From Glycera tridactyla (Eukaryota), in NCBI GenBank assembly GCA_965644265.1, contig OZ286468.1:28892001-28956000 (forward strand): 64,000 nucleotides of DNA, in the 5' to 3' direction. This document shows positions 47,442-60,670 of the stretch, piece after piece. A program made the translations under genes and the position numbers. The notes under the pieces are model-generated. The model made no database searches, had not been told where the DNA came from, and was given only the letters and a program-made list of their open reading frames with translations. Each line of letters starts with the position of its first letter. Within the stretch, counting starts at the first letter, position 1.

Positions 47442-47780
47442 TAGAATAGAATAGAATAGAATAGAATAGAATAAACTTTTATTTATCCAGGCTTAAGTGG
47501 GCAATAATGATGGTACATACATTCATTAAGGATGTAGCAGGGAGTTTTTCTAGTTCCCTGACTGGCACATATGACATAACACTAGTAGGTGACTTGCCCA
47601 CCTTCCTAGATACCTCTATCACTGTCCTTCGAATAAATACTGCATTATTTTTATGCCCAAACATGTGTGAACACCAAACCGGGGATTTTTCCAAAATTGA
47701 CCCTGGTGTTGGTTGGTGGCTGTGTGCTTGAGTAGATTTGTGGGTATGATTGCCTGAGATCTGGCAAGACACCTACCAAT
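47442..47780 (-). mobile_element. Probable LINE 3' tail with AATAAA and (TTCTA)n
   Basis: Plus strand (GAATA)n 47442-47472 followed by TTTATT; interrupts the SINE; 5' limit uncertain. Confidence 0.4.
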
Positions 47781-48009
47781 TTTGAGATGGCTATGTTGAA
47801 TTTTTCCATATTTCTTCTATATTTCATCATTTTTGGAGTAATTCAATAAAATTTTCAACACTGGCTAGCAAAAAAACGGATCTGGTGACATGCTTTTTTT
47901 TTTCTCACTTATTTTGATTGTCCAGTAATGAACCACAAAATGAATGAAAAAAATTGAATCCAGCAAATATTCCTGTATGGTCTGTAGGGTGATTTGTGAT
48001 TTTTCAGTG

Positions 48010-51000
48010 TTTTTTTTTTTTTTTGTTTGAAAAAGCTTTATTTGCAGCATAGCAATATAAACAGCACATTACATGCATGCAAAAACAAATAAAGTAGATT
48101 GCCAATCATTATTAAGCAAGATGGATAAGAAAAAAAGTTCAAATAACAAGTAATCCCGAGATAGATAGAAGTATACAATACATCAATCAAGACTTGGACA
48201 TCAGGACAGAGAAAGAGATAAGTGTGACAAATAATATAGAAAATAAATTTGTATCAAGAGCAATTGTAGACAACCAAAACATTGACAAGAATTATTTGCG
48301 CGAATCTCACGAATTTCACGAAAGATCAGGCAGTACGTCAAAGTAAGTGACGTAGCTATAATTGGACACACCAGTACTGACCATGATATATAATTGGCAT
48401 ACATATGAGCGACCTGACACTAGCATATTAAGCTAGCACTATGATATTACAATATTATAATAGCGGCTGTTTTGGTACTATTTCAGGAATTTTTTAATTG
48501 CCATTTTGAAACTAATATTAGTAGGTAACTCACGAAGATGAGGCGGCAAGCCATTCCAGTTCAGCGCACCTCGATAACGGATATTTGCAGAAGCGAACAC
48601 CGTGTTGCAAACATTGATATATAGATCATCACGGAATTGTTGTCTAGTAACACGTTCACTTACATCGCCAACATGTCTGAACATATATGAAAGGGAAGTC
48701 TCAGAATTGTCATTAACAGCACGCTGTACCTGAATTGCTACATTCCTGTCACGTACTATATGTAGTGGTGAAACACCGAGTCTCTCACGCAATGCAGAGG
48801 CGGAGTTCGAGGTAGTGTTATAGCCAGCAACAGTACGTAGACAATTGTTTTGTGAGACCTGAAGTTTTTGGCACAGAGTGATACCAGCACTTCCATAAAG
48901 AAAGTCACAATATAAATAAAGTGGATGAATTAAAGCAAAATACAATTGCAATGCACGCGCTTCGGTGAGATAGTTTCTAATCCGTGAAAGTGCTCTACGA
49001 CGGACAAATATCTTTCCAAGTAAGTAGTTAATATGTTGCTCAAAGGATAAGTGTTCATCAACAATCATGCCTAAATATTCAAATTTGTCCACACGGTAGA
49101 TAGTTTTTCCATTGAAGTCAATATTATTGAGTGTAATAGTCCGAACTTGAGGTCTAGTTCCAAAAATCATGATGTTAGATTTATCGACATTTAATGTCAA
49201 TTTCATGATATCAAACCAATTCGCAACCCGCATAAGATCGCGTGTCAACGTAGCGCATAGCATTTCTTCATTCGGGGCACTGCAGAATATGGCAGTGTCA
49301 TCTGCATATAATAAGATTTTTGTGTCTGTCAAGACATTCGGTAAGTCATTTACGTATGATACGAAAAGAAGAGGTCCAAGTATGGACCCCTGTGGGACTC
49401 CATGAGATATGCTCAAGTGGTCAGATATGGCATTATTAATACGTACAGTTTGATGGCGATTGCATAGATAGGACCTAAACCAATTCACTGCACTATGGCG
49501 TAAGCCAAGCCTCGATAATTTATTGACTAGAATTTCATGATTCACAGTGTCAAAGGCTTTTTTCAGATCCAGGAAGAGTACTCCAGTGGGACAGCCATTA
49601 TCTGCTGCAGAATAGACGTTGTCCAAGAGAATAGACAAGCATGTCCCAGTGGAGCAACCCTTCCTGAATCCGAATTGGCAATTAGAAAATATATCATAAT
49701 TGTCAAAATAATTATACAATTGCGTATGAATTACACGTTCCAATATTTTACTGAGGCTAGGCAAGATGGAGATTGGTCGGTAGTTATTCATTTCATAGAG
49801 CGAGCCACTCTTGAATAATACATTAACCGTAGCCAACTTCCACCTTGAGGGAAAAATAGAAGAACGCATAGAAAGATTACATACGTGTAATAAAACAACT
49901 AGTGCAGAGTCTGGCAATAGCTTTAAGACATAAGACGTAAGGCAGTCTGGACCAGCTGCAGCACTGTTCTTCATATCCTTGATACTTGAACGGATATCAT
50001 GAATATCAATAGGTCTGAACTCAAAAACAGGTGCTCTATAAGGGAGAAACTCAGATAGATCAGGGTTGTCATCGGCAAAATTTGATGCTAGGTTTGGGCC
50101 TACATCGGCAAAGTGACGATTAAAGAGATTGGCTTTACCTAAATCTGATTCGATCCCATTTATTGTTGGGATCACACAATTTTCAGAGGTAAGGGGCCAT
50201 AATTTCTTCAATTCGCGCCATAGCTTCTTGTGATCATTGGCATGTGAATCGAGGGTACCTAATATATATCCCTTTTTGAGGCTGGTTTTGAGACGATATC
50301 GTTGACGAAAGGCTTCCTTTTTGAGGACAAGATTAACTAAATTAGGATTCGAATTATAAAGTCTAGATCTATAGGAGCATAAATCTACAAGGCTTAAAAA
50401 GTCATTATTTATCCACTGGGCACCACGGTCATAAACCGTTTTGGTGACAAGTGGTGCAATAGCATCAAGATTTTTAGTCAATATTTCCTCGAAGCCGTTA
50501 GTAACAGTGTCAATATCATTAGAATCCAACAGGGGGCCCCAGTCAACGGCACTAAGATAGCGTGATAAATTTTCTTTTGTCATCTTTCGCCAAGACCTAA
50601 ATGTGGCTACGGTTTTCTTTTTTGGCAGCTTAGTCCGATGTCTCGTTGTATACACTAGCTTATGGTCACTTAGACCCAACTCAAATGTCCCTGAGTAGCT
50701 GAAATACTCTGTACGAGAGACAAGAATATGATCTATTAAAGAACTAACAGTGGGACATACATGTGTCGGATCAGCAATTATTTGAGAAAGCGACTGACGA
50801 CGAATAAAATTTGAATACTTTCTGACTTTCGGGTCTCTTGGCTTTAGCATATTAATGTTGATATCACCGAGAAGTACAGTGTCAAAGACACCAAGAGGAG
50901 TCATGTCATCTAGTAAAGTACTAATTGTTGTTAAACTTCGTTCCAAATTTCCGTCAGGTGGTCGATAGATCCCAGCCATAATTGTCGGTCGACAATTCGA

Positions 51001-51660
51001 AAGTTTCCATTGAAAAGCCAGAATCTCAACATCCTGATCACAAAAGAGTTTACACGTACTAAGATCAATATTATATATAGGGTTGAAATAGCATAAAATG
51101 CCGCCGCCACATGATTTTCCACTGGCAGCTGTTCTATCACTCCGGATTAACGAGTATCCTGGGATATCAAATTCTTTATTGGCAATGGAATCATTGAGAA
51201 AGGTCTCTATTAAAAAAAGAAAGTCCAATTTACTTTTGCTCAAAAAAAGTCTTAATTCGTCAATGTGTCTAGTTACACTGCGAATATTTAAGGCTGCAAT
51301 CTTGATTCCAGGCAGGTTAGAAAGACATGCATAAGCATATTCAAAGTCGGACCTGATGTCCAGTGAGGGTAGTACAAACGTGTTACGTCGGCGATTGTTC
51401 ATGTATGATGGAATGAATACCGCTGTATCAGAAAATAATTATGATAAAATAAACAATTTAAGTAGAAGAGAAGACTAGGGAGAATGGTCGGGCAGTGGGA
51501 ATTGCAAGGTTAGATAATATACATCGAGTTCGCTTCAAACAAAAATGATAATAGGTGCTGTGATTGATAGAAAATGAAACCAAAAAGGTGGAAGTGGACA
51601 ATAAATGACTAAAGTGAAAAACTGCAATTCAAGAAGCAGCCATTTTCAATGGTTTCCGTG
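48010..51660 (-). mobile_element. CR1/L2-group LINE A, probably full length, no ORF1 visible
   Basis: Poly(A) tail 48010-48024 with AATAAA just upstream; intact ORF2; YY1-like AAAATGGCTGC at 51636-51646; 5' end approximate; no TSD found. Confidence 0.75.
48478..51402 (-). CDS. LINE ORF2 (AP endonuclease plus reverse transcriptase), intact, 974 aa
   Basis: EN: LNIRS, IETFL, YRPP, GDININ, IDHIL, SDH; RT: YRPISIL, QFGFRKG, LDLKKAFDTVNH, GVPQGSILGP, YADD. Confidence 0.96.
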   Translation of the reverse strand: MNNRRRNTFVLPSLDIRSDFEYAYACLSNLPGIKIAALNIRSVTRHIDELRLFLSKSKLDFLFLIETFLNDSIANKEFDIPGYSLIRSDRTAASGKSCGGGILCYFNPIYNIDLSTCKLFCDQDVEILAFQWKLSNCRPTIMAGIYRPPDGNLERSLTTISTLLDDMTPLGVFDTVLLGDININMLKPRDPKVRKYSNFIRRQSLSQIIADPTHVCPTVSSLIDHILVSRTEYFSYSGTFELGLSDHKLVYTTRHRTKLPKKKTVATFRSWRKMTKENLSRYLSAVDWGPLLDSNDIDTVTNGFEEILTKNLDAIAPLVTKTVYDRGAQWINNDFLSLVDLCSYRSRLYNSNPNLVNLVLKKEAFRQRYRLKTSLKKGYILGTLDSHANDHKKLWRELKKLWPLTSENCVIPTINGIESDLGKANLFNRHFADVGPNLASNFADDNPDLSEFLPYRAPVFEFRPIDIHDIRSSIKDMKNSAAAGPDCLTSYVLKLLPDSALVVLLHVCNLSMRSSIFPSRWKLATVNVLFKSGSLYEMNNYRPISILPSLSKILERVIHTQLYNYFDNYDIFSNCQFGFRKGCSTGTCLSILLDNVYSAADNGCPTGVLFLDLKKAFDTVNHEILVNKLSRLGLRHSAVNWFRSYLCNRHQTVRINNAISDHLSISHGVPQGSILGPLLFVSYVNDLPNVLTDTKILLYADDTAIFCSAPNEEMLCATLTRDLMRVANWFDIMKLTLNVDKSNIMIFGTRPQVRTITLNNIDFNGKTIYRVDKFEYLGMIVDEHLSFEQHINYLLGKIFVRRRALSRIRNYLTEARALQLYFALIHPLYLYCDFLYGSAGITLCQKLQVSQNNCLRTVAGYNTTSNSASALRERLGVSPLHIVRDRNVAIQVQRAVNDNSETSLSYMFRHVGDVSERVTRQQFRDDLYINVCNTVFASANIRYRGALNWNGLPPHLRELPTNISFKMAIKKFLK

Positions 51661-52349
51661 GACTATTGGGTCTTTTTTATCGTGAAAAACATTTTCTCCA
51701 TGCGAAATTCCCAATTCATGTTGCATTAGGATACAAGACAAAATAAATAAGAGGTTTGATTGATTCAAATATGGTGTTTATGTAATATTTCTCGATGAAA
51801 CTGTATCTTGGCATTTTTTGCAGTTTCTCAATATTTCGACTATTATATAAATAGCTACAGCTGAAAAACGAGCCTGGTGACCCCAACTTTTTTCTCAGGA
51901 AATCTGATCTATACCTCAATAGAAATAATCATATGAAATTTCAAGGATGTGGCAAATTTATAAAAAATTGCCTCATTCATCCTTAAATAGGGTACATCCT
52001 TAGGCTTACGCCTACTCCTCCCCCAGTGCCTGGTTACCATAGTTACATGAAAATATGACACAATTTTCTTCATTCATTCGATTGTTGTTTGGACTTGCTT
52101 TTACATTTCAGTTTCAGCGCCAGTTACATGAAGTATAGTATGAATCCGGAAATTTCAGTGGGAATTAAAAATTCACCTCTCTTATGTTTTAAATTTCAGG
52201 TTTGTTTCTAAGGAAAAAAGAGAAGTGTCCAGGGATGGAAAGAGATATGTAAAGTGACAGCGACCGGGCACCAGGTTCACAATATTCGACAATGATAAAC
52301 ACCAGAAATAAAGACATTCTTACACCACAACAGAAAAGCATATGGACTA

Positions 52350-55300
52350 ACATCAGTCTTGCTTTTGGTACAACATTTTCCTCATCATATTCTTGAATGC
52401 ATTGATAGACCTCGCATTGCGTATTTCAATTGGGAGATTGTTCCAACATCGAGGACCATAAACCGATATACATTAGTCCCCATATTTTGTTTTGGTTCTG
52501 GGTACAATCAGGTTATTGTCAGTCATCGCACGTGTTTGTCTGTCATGTTGCAGATCTAGCGTATTCAGGGAATCATGAAGTCTTTTACATTTGATCTTGT
52601 TGTTGATTATTTTATATAAAAATATTGTATAATTCATACAGCGTCTATCCTCAAGTCGAAGTAGTTCTAACGATAAGTGCATGTCCATAGTATGAGTGCG
52701 GCGACCAACTTGGAGGATGATCCTACATGCACTATTTCGCAGCATTTGGAGCTGATCAAGAGATTCTTTGGAGGTATGAATAAGTAAAATGTCACCGTAG
52801 TCCAACAATGGCAATATTGATGACTTGTAGAGCATTAAAGTCACATTTTCGCCTATGAGTGGTCGGATTCTTCTCAGTACTGACAATTTCTTTTTAGACT
52901 TTTTGACAATATGTTCTACATGTGTATTGAATTTCAGGTTTTCATCTAGTATCATTCCCAGGTACTTAAACGTTGGAACTTGTTCAAGTTGTTCATTGTT
53001 CATTGACAGTACCAGATTTGTATTTCTACGGTAGTGAGTGCTATGGAAGACCATCGCCTTGGTCTTGCTCACATTAAGAGTCAGTCTATTTGATATCAGC
53101 AAATTTTCAAGGTCATATAGGTCTTCCTGCAACTTCATAGATACCTCCTCAACATTACAGCCTGAGTAGTAGATTGCTGTATCGTCAGCATACATGGCCG
53201 TTTTAGAGTTCGCTATACATGAGGGCAGGTCATTAATATAAATTATGAAGAGCAGGGGCCCCAATATCGAGCCCTGGGGAACTCCAACACTTATATTTCC
53301 AAAATTTGATAGTTTCCCTGCAAAGGATGTTATTTGCTTTCTATTTTGAAGATGATTTCTAAACCAATGTTGGACACCATCAGACACCCCATACTGTCCC
53401 AGTTTCTGAAGCAGTATCGGGTGACTGACGGTGTCAAAGGCCTTTTTAAGATCCAAGAACACCATACCCACCTTTCCTTGATCAAGTTCGATATGTATAT
53501 CATTCAATACACTTGATGCAAGTGACAGTTGACAAACCGCTTCTGAAACCAGATTGCGCATCATCAAATCAACCCGTTTCTTGGAAATACTAGAATTTTC
53601 TAGAGAGCTGGGAGTATAGAAATTGGCCTATAATTTGAAACATCGCTTTTTGATCCTTCCTTAAATAATGGTGTCACTTTAGCAGTTTTCCAGTCATCTG
53701 ATATGTCCAATTGGTATAGCTAATGCACTAACACATATTTTAAGAAATCTGGTATTTATCCCATCCAGTCCGGTCGCCTTTGAAATACTCAATTTCCCCA
53801 GTGCATCTCGAATTTTACTTTTCTCTACTAATCTGAAATGGAAATCCAAATCTGGTCCCAGGATTTCAGAGAACTTATCTTGATTCAATTTTGGAATTTG
53901 ATTTGCCAACTTAGCCCCAATTTCACAGAAGAAATTATTAAAATAGTTGGATATCATTTCAGGGTCATCAGTTCCATCAATGACTGGCGTGGAACTTCTA
54001 CCCGATTTTTTACTGGGGAGCAACTTAGCGAGAATGTTCCACAATTTCTTGCAATTTCCTTTGCTGTCTAATTGCATTGTTGATAAATTCCTTTTGAAGA
54101 TTTTTACTAAGCGTGCTGCACTGATTTCTCAAAATCCGATATCTCTCCCAGCTCTCATTTGTTTTATTACTATTGAAAATCAGTTTTGCTGATTCACGAG
54201 CATCCTTCATAGATACATAGTCATCATTCATCCATTCTGGTAACCTGCCTCTAAATTTCATATTCCTATAGGGAACATGAATATCACAAACAGGTATGAA
54301 AATGTCCTTGAAATTATCCCGGGCTTCACATGTGTTCACACTGTTGAGTACAGAGGCCCATGAAAGGCGCTCTGTCTGTTCTAGTAATAAACTGGGACTA
54401 AAATTTCTGAATGATCTGGCATAGACGATCTTGGCAGGTTCCTTTTTGTTGACACACTTACGACAGGTGAATACCATCGCATGGTCAGAGTTACCCGTGT
54501 CAATAGTGTAGGCATGTGAAATATAATTTTCTCTATTATGCAATATCTGATCAATTATAGTACTTGACATGGGCGTGACTCTGGTGGGGATCTTGATCAG
54601 GGACTCTAAATCCAAAGCACACATGAGATATTTCATTTCTCTGTTAGCTGTTAGATGTAATTTTTGAAAGTCTATGTTATAATCTCCGATTATGAATACC
54701 TCTCCTGGTCCTTTTTGGTAGATGTTTAATATGAAATCTTTAATGATTGAACAGCATGACTTCGTATTCCCGTATGGAGGTCTATAAATATTCAATACAT
54801 AAATGGGTCTGGTATTTTTCAGAATAATCTTTATGGTGAGACACTCCAGGTCTATTGTACTACAACAGAAATCAGAACTTAGTTCATATTTCAAACTAGA
54901 TTTGACATATAACACTATTCCGCCACCAGAGTCTCTTCTAGAAAAATCTTGTCTATCTAGTCGCTCAATTTCATATCCTGGGAGGGATATTTCACTGTTA
55001 CAAACAGACATATTCAGAAAAGTTTCAGATATGGACAAGTCCAGGCAGGTGATATGCAATATATGTTTTATTTCATGTAATTTATTGTAGAGATGGCAAA
55101 TATTTTGATGTCCAATACAAATACCCTTCAGTCCCACTATAGCATCGAGTCTTACACTATCTGTCATTTATATATGACTGACCATTTTTACCAAACAATT
55201 TTCAACAAATAAACCCAGTATGTATCCTGAAATGCTTTTGGTTTCTAAATTCTTGTTGCAGTATGTTTCAAAGATCGGATTGATATTCATTCTCACCATA

Positions 55301-55895
55301 GGGAAATGCATCAGGAGTTTTGAGATACAGTCTGAAACAATAGTTCATTTCATGTTACTTGTACCTGCTTGCACAGCATTTTGTCCATCAGAGAACATCT
55401 CATTGAGGTCCTCCTCGGTCCTAATAGGACTACCCCTGTCTGCTTTTTTGAGGGCGGCATATACTTGACCATTCATGGTCCAGCACTTAGCAAGCCTCTT
55501 TCCTTCCTTCTTTCGAACAAGTTGTCAACAGAGAAAGAAGAGGTAAGAGTTTTGCTTAGTCGAAAATTCACTGATAGAAATGCCACATCTGGTGGCTGCC
55601 AATTGCATTCTGGATTGATAGACAGATTTCCTCTTATAGGAATAGACAAATTCACACAGGATGGCCCTGGGCCTTCCTCCAGTTCTATTGCCAATTCTGC
55701 GCGCTGTTTCTATGTCTGCCAATGTAAAACCAGGATTGAGTTTCGTGGACAGTTGCTGAACTAGCAATTCAGGGGTATTCTCGTTTGCCACCTCCTGGAT
55801 ACCTTCAAAGATAAGCAACTTCATATTCACAGCATTTTCAAGTGTATTAACCTTGTCAGTGAGGGATTGGACATTCTTCACATGAGCACAGCTAG
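52350..55895 (-). pseudogene. CR1/L2-group LINE B, decayed: ORF1 remnant (about 55340-55895) and ORF2 in 3 frames with stops
   Basis: ORF1 LLIFEGIQE..IETARRIG..PRAILCEF..CWTMNGQVY; EN ISETFL, YRPPYG, GDYNID, IDQIL, SDH; RT LDLKKAFDTV, GVPQGSILGP, YADD; premature TAA at 52473 followed by CISVYGPRCWNNLP. Confidence 0.9.
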
Positions 55896-55896
55896 A

Positions 55897-55970
55897 GCAT
55901 TGCATGGGCATCACAATATAGCACAGATGGTGCTGACGTGATATTAAACCAGAACCAACCAACCAACCAA
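55897..55970 (+). mobile_element. SINE family A 3' fragment at the 5' edge of LINE B ORF1
   Basis: GCATTGCATGGGCATCACAATATAGCACAGATGGTGCTGACGTG..TTAAACCAGAA(CCAA)n. Confidence 0.85.
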
Positions 55971-56769
55971 TTCCATTCTCTTCGGCTGCAGGGTGATACC
56001 GGCTGGTCAACCCTTTCACCCATCTTGCCTTCTCCTAATCCCCTGCTTAAAAGCCATAACCAGTTCAACAAAAAAATTCATTTACCTCATAAGATAATAG
56101 AGATTGAAAATTTGTAGTGAAACCTGTACAGAATCCCCATTCAGATGACGGGAGTCCTTCTTGAGAGTATTGACCCTACAGTAAATGTGAAGTGGCATTA
56201 TAAAATATATACTGAGCCTGTTTCAATAATTTAACGTGAGTGGATCGCACTTCCTTGAATTTCGAAATTTTCACTTGTTCTCCATATTCTTCTACATACT
56301 CACATTAGAGATGTTCAAGGGATTTATTGAGTACCCAGGATGCTTTTCTCGTCTTTTTGCAGTTTCTTGATGGGTAAGTCTATTATATGCTCACTTTGCT
56401 CATAGAAATCCCGAATGTCATCCACTACATTGTATGAGATCGATACACCAGTGGATGGAGATCGATGTGTGGCTTCAGACTCTATATGAGTTTTCCCAGA
56501 GAATGTTAATTGATTGGCGGGTGCAATCTGCTTGGGGGCAACATTGGTGATAGTGTCCACTGATTGATCAGAGGGCTCGGGTTTCATGTGGGGCTCTCCA
56601 GAGACAATACCCTGATTTGATTCAACCGACTCCTCATTGGCAATAGTGTCCACTGATTGATCAGAGGACTCGGGCCCTATGTAGGGCTCACCAGGGCAAA
56701 CATCAATACAGCCTATCTCACTCAGGCTTTAATTCAGAATTGAATCTATAGCAGTATTAGCCTCAAACT

Positions 56770-58441
56770 GAAGTCATCATCATTTTCACCAAGTTTCAAA
56801 ATGCCAGGCAAGAAATCATCAAGTTCCTGAATGTCCGATTTTTTCTGGATGTTTGGTGGACTTGTCTTCACATCGGCAATGAGCCGTCTCCTTGTGTCTG
56901 ATCCTCAGTCATGTTTAGATCTGAGATGCTGTTCGTGTAGCATTATGTTATTGACTGCCTGCAGACAATCATTCTTTCTTCTTGCACTTGTGGGAGTGGT
57001 TATAATGCCTTTTGCACTCAAATGTTGACGTTTGGCTGGTCTAGCCGACATCAAGGTGCTTTCCATCATGCTTGCCCATTTTTTCGTCATCGTTTGGGAG
57101 GACCTTGATCACTTTTGATGATTCTGAACTAGTTGGTGCCTTCGCTAAATCTTCTGACAGTAACTCCTCTTCTCCTCTCTCCATTTTGCCTATTCTTTCT
57201 CGTTTCATGTCATGACCTCAGTCTTGGATGAGCTTTCTATGACTCTAGAATAGATGTCGATTATCGAAAGGCCATGGCTGAGAAATAAAAGAGCCCTTCT
57301 CACTTACCAAAACCATTACATCATCATTTTCATCAACTTTCAAAATGCCAGACAAGAAATCATCAAGTTCCTGAATGTCCGATTTTTTCTGGATGTTTGG
57401 TGGACTTGTCTTCACATCGGCAGTGAGCCGTCTCCTTGTGTCTGATTCTCTGTCATGTTTAGATCTGAGATGCTGTTCGTGTAGCATTATGTTATTGACT
57501 GCCTGCAGACAATCATTCTTTCTTCTTGCACTTGTGGGAGTGGTTATAATGCCTTTTGCACTCAAACGTTGACGTTTGGCTGGTCTAGCAGACATCAAGA
57601 TGCTTTCCATCATACTTGCCCATTTTTTCGTCATCATTTGGGAGGACCTTGATCACTTTTGATGATTCTGAACTAGTTGATGTGCCTTTGCTAACATTAT
57701 TTTCCTTTATCTTCTGACGGTAACTCCTCTTCTCTCCATTTTGCCCTATTCTTTCTCGTTCCTTGTCATGACCTTAGTCTTGGATGAGCTTCTCATGACT
57801 CTAGAATAGATGTCGATTATGGAAAGGCCACAGCTGAGAAACAACAGAGGCCTTGTCACTTATCGAAACCATTACATAATCATTTTCATCAAGTTTCAAA
57901 ATGCCAGACAAGAAATCATCAAGTTCCTGAATGTCCGATTTTTTCTGGATGTTTGGTGGACTTGTCTTCTCATCGGCAATGAGCCGTCTCCTTGTGTCTG
58001 ATTCTCTGTCATGTTTAGATCTGAGATGCTGTTCGTGTAGCATTATGTTATTGACTGCCTGCAGACAATCATTCTTTCTTCTTGCACTTGTGGGAGTGGT
58101 TATGATGCCTTTTGCACTCAAACGTTGACGTTTGGCTGGTCTAGCAGACATCAAGATGCTTTCCATCATACTTGCCCATTTTTTCGTCATCATTTGGGAG
58201 GACCTTGATCACTTTTGATGATTCTGAACAAGTTGATGTGCCTTTGCTAACATTATTTTCCTTTAGCTTCTGATGGTAACTCCTCTTCTCCTCTCTCCAT
58301 TTTGCCCTATTCTTTCTCGTTCCTTGTCATGACCTTAGTCTTGGATGAGCTTTTTATGAAATCTAGAATAGATGTCGATTACGGAAAGGCCACAGCTGAG
58401 AAACAACAGAGGCCTTGTCAGTTACCGAAACCATTACATAT
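56770..58441 (-). repeat. About 3 copies of a ~555-bp tandem repeat with coding-like content
   Basis: Anchor CTAGAATAGATGTCGA at about 57245, 57801 and 58363; two units carry 130-aa ORFs (57245..57637, 57801..58193). Confidence 0.9.
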
Positions 58442-58508
58442 ACTCGAAATTATTGACTAATTATGACTCCAGGATAGATGTCAGAAAGATCTAACATATC
58501 ACAGGTGA

Positions 58509-58632
58509 CTAACAAAAGAGGCAGTGTCAGTTTCCGGAGGATCTTACATAACAAACTCAAAATTTGTGGACAGACAGACAGACGCAGTGATTACTATAGG
58601 GCACCCGAATTTTCATGCGGGGCCCTAGCTAA
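58509..58632 (+). mobile_element. Possible short Helentron-associated (HINE/DINE-like) element
   Basis: T|AACAAAAGAG start, (GACA)n tract, subterminal hairpin GGGCACCCG...CGGGGCCC then A-rich end. Confidence 0.35.
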
Positions 58633-59960
58633 ACATCATCTGAGAGTATCAAGATCACCATGACTGGGTTTCATTATGGGTGGCATGGATGGACACTGTA
58701 AACAACACATCATATATGGGACAGATAATATTGTAAACTCACAACTACGAGATGAACTTTGGTATGTTGGTGATCACTGACAGACACATTTCGGCATGCT
58801 TTGAAAATATTTGAAATCTTTTTGAATGGAGATACCAAATATGAGTTACCTGTATAACACAAGGGATTCACAGAACGAAATTCAAGCAGTTATCATCATC
58901 CCTTATGAAGCTCTGGTAATTCTGAATTTTTCCAATCCATGGTGGCAAAAATGAAGAAAAAATGCTTTTAAATGCTATTTCGCATATTGAGGGCATATTC
59001 TGATAAAGATGGGAAATCCTGATGCCTAAAGTCATCTAGCATGGACAAATAGCCAGGTTACAGCATTATCTGATGACGAGATCTAGTGATCTTTGCTTAA
59101 TGAAATCGGGTCCTCTCTCCGCATGGGCCCTACGTGTTTGTTGGCAGTGTAGGTTTGTGCATGCATTGGTTGTTGTGCATGCACTATTTGCACAATTTGG
59201 CTGTTTGAATGGTAAAAGCTCGTCTCTGATCACGGCACGCTGAGTTGCTCATCGCTCAGAACTGCCATTGAATATTGAATATATTTTATAACAATAGTGA
59301 CAATTAGATACTAAAAGTATCCATCTTCAGACCATCGTTATAGAACACAGCATTGTTAGTGGTAACGACATATAATGGTTAGTACAAAAAGAGTATCAGC
59401 GACAAAAAAATGGTATAGGATAAAATTAAATCCTTGACCCTGACTGGAGCATCTAATGAATAACATATATCTTGATGTGTTATTTCAAGTGAAAGTAAAA
59501 GATGTAAAAGGGGTGAAAAGCAGTGAAGATCTAGTGCAGATCTAATTGCACATCATGGTGAGGGAGATATTCACACAAGATCCACAAACCATTTCAATTT
59601 TGTCTTGAGCTGATCAACTGTCGCAATAATTGTTCCAGGTAGTAACGGCTCCAAACGAGATACTACCCTCACACTTTTTTGAGTTTCATAAAGGTTTTTA
59701 TAAATAGGTTTTTAGTTTTGTTCTGATATCATAATGGTGAGTTTGCTGTTTGGGTTTGCAGAAGCGTTTAAATTTCTACTTTCTGGATTCAATGATTTGT
59801 ATACACCATGTTAAACCGCGCGAAAGTCATAACTGCAGGAAACACGAGGTGGCGCATCTCGCGCTCCATGCCGCGTGCATCGGCACTTCCGCTCCACGCA
59901 TCCAGCATGATGCTCTCTCTCTGAAGTCATGTTTGATGTAATGATGAAAGTAAGTAGCTA

Positions 59961-60062
59961 GAAGCCATGGCCACAGAAAAGGTGTGAAGCCACGGCTGCG
60001 GAAAGGTGTGAAGCCACGGCTGCGGAAAGGGTGTGAAGCCACGGCTGCAGAAAAGGTGTGAA
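59961..60062. repeat. Four 24-25 bp tandem repeats
   Basis: GAAGCCACGGCTGCGGAAAGGTGT unit, no spacers. Confidence 0.92.
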
Positions 60063-60205
60063 CAACAACATTGAGAGAGAAAGAGAGAGAGAGGGGGGGG
60101 GGCATGGCTGAAGGGGGGGAGGTGTGAAAAACACCATCGATACATGAACGACCACCATGCTTCAATGATCTACGGGATATCACGCTCAACTACCCCCCAT
60201 GTCTC

Positions 60206-60336
60206 NNNNNNNNNNNNNNNNNNNNNNNNNNNNNNNNNNNNNNNNNNNNNNNNNNNNNNNNNNNNNNNNNNNNNNNNNNNNNNNNNNNNNNNNNNNNNNN
60301 NNNNNNNNNNNNNNNNNNNNNNNNNNNNNNNNNNNN
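60206..60336. other. Assembly gap (131 N)
   Basis: N run. Confidence 1.
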
Positions 60337-60612
60337 GAGACGCTCAAGCAATGATAGTGTTTTTCACACCTTCCTCTAACTGTAGCTAGTCACCTCGAAC
60401 CATGACTTGTCACCTCTTACTGTGGCTTGTCACTTCATACAGGACTCAACTGACTCATATGAAAGGGTTGGACATTGAAAGGGTTCAACGGTCGCATAGG
60501 GAGTGCAATTAAAAGAATCCACGGCTCCCCTTTGAAGTAACTCCAATCAATCGTTCAAGCCCCTCGCTGCCCCCCCTCTTTCCCTCCCCTTCCCTCATAG
60601 ATAGATGGACAT

Positions 60613-60616
<4 letters not shown>

Positions 60617-60666
<50 letters not shown>
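60617..60666. repeat. (GA)n microsatellite
   Basis: 25 GA units. Confidence 0.97.

Positions 60667-60670
<4 letters not shown>

Noticed and set aside
47526-52003. Kolobok-like element (TTAA|GGATGTA ... TACATCC|TTAG) enclosing LINE A
   Set aside because: Only 7 bp of terminal match and an imperfect TTAA; insufficient support
59961-60062. Short direct repeats (also 41657-41964 and 40635-40739) as a CRISPR array
   Set aside because: Head-to-tail repeats without unique spacers, eukaryotic context, no cas genes
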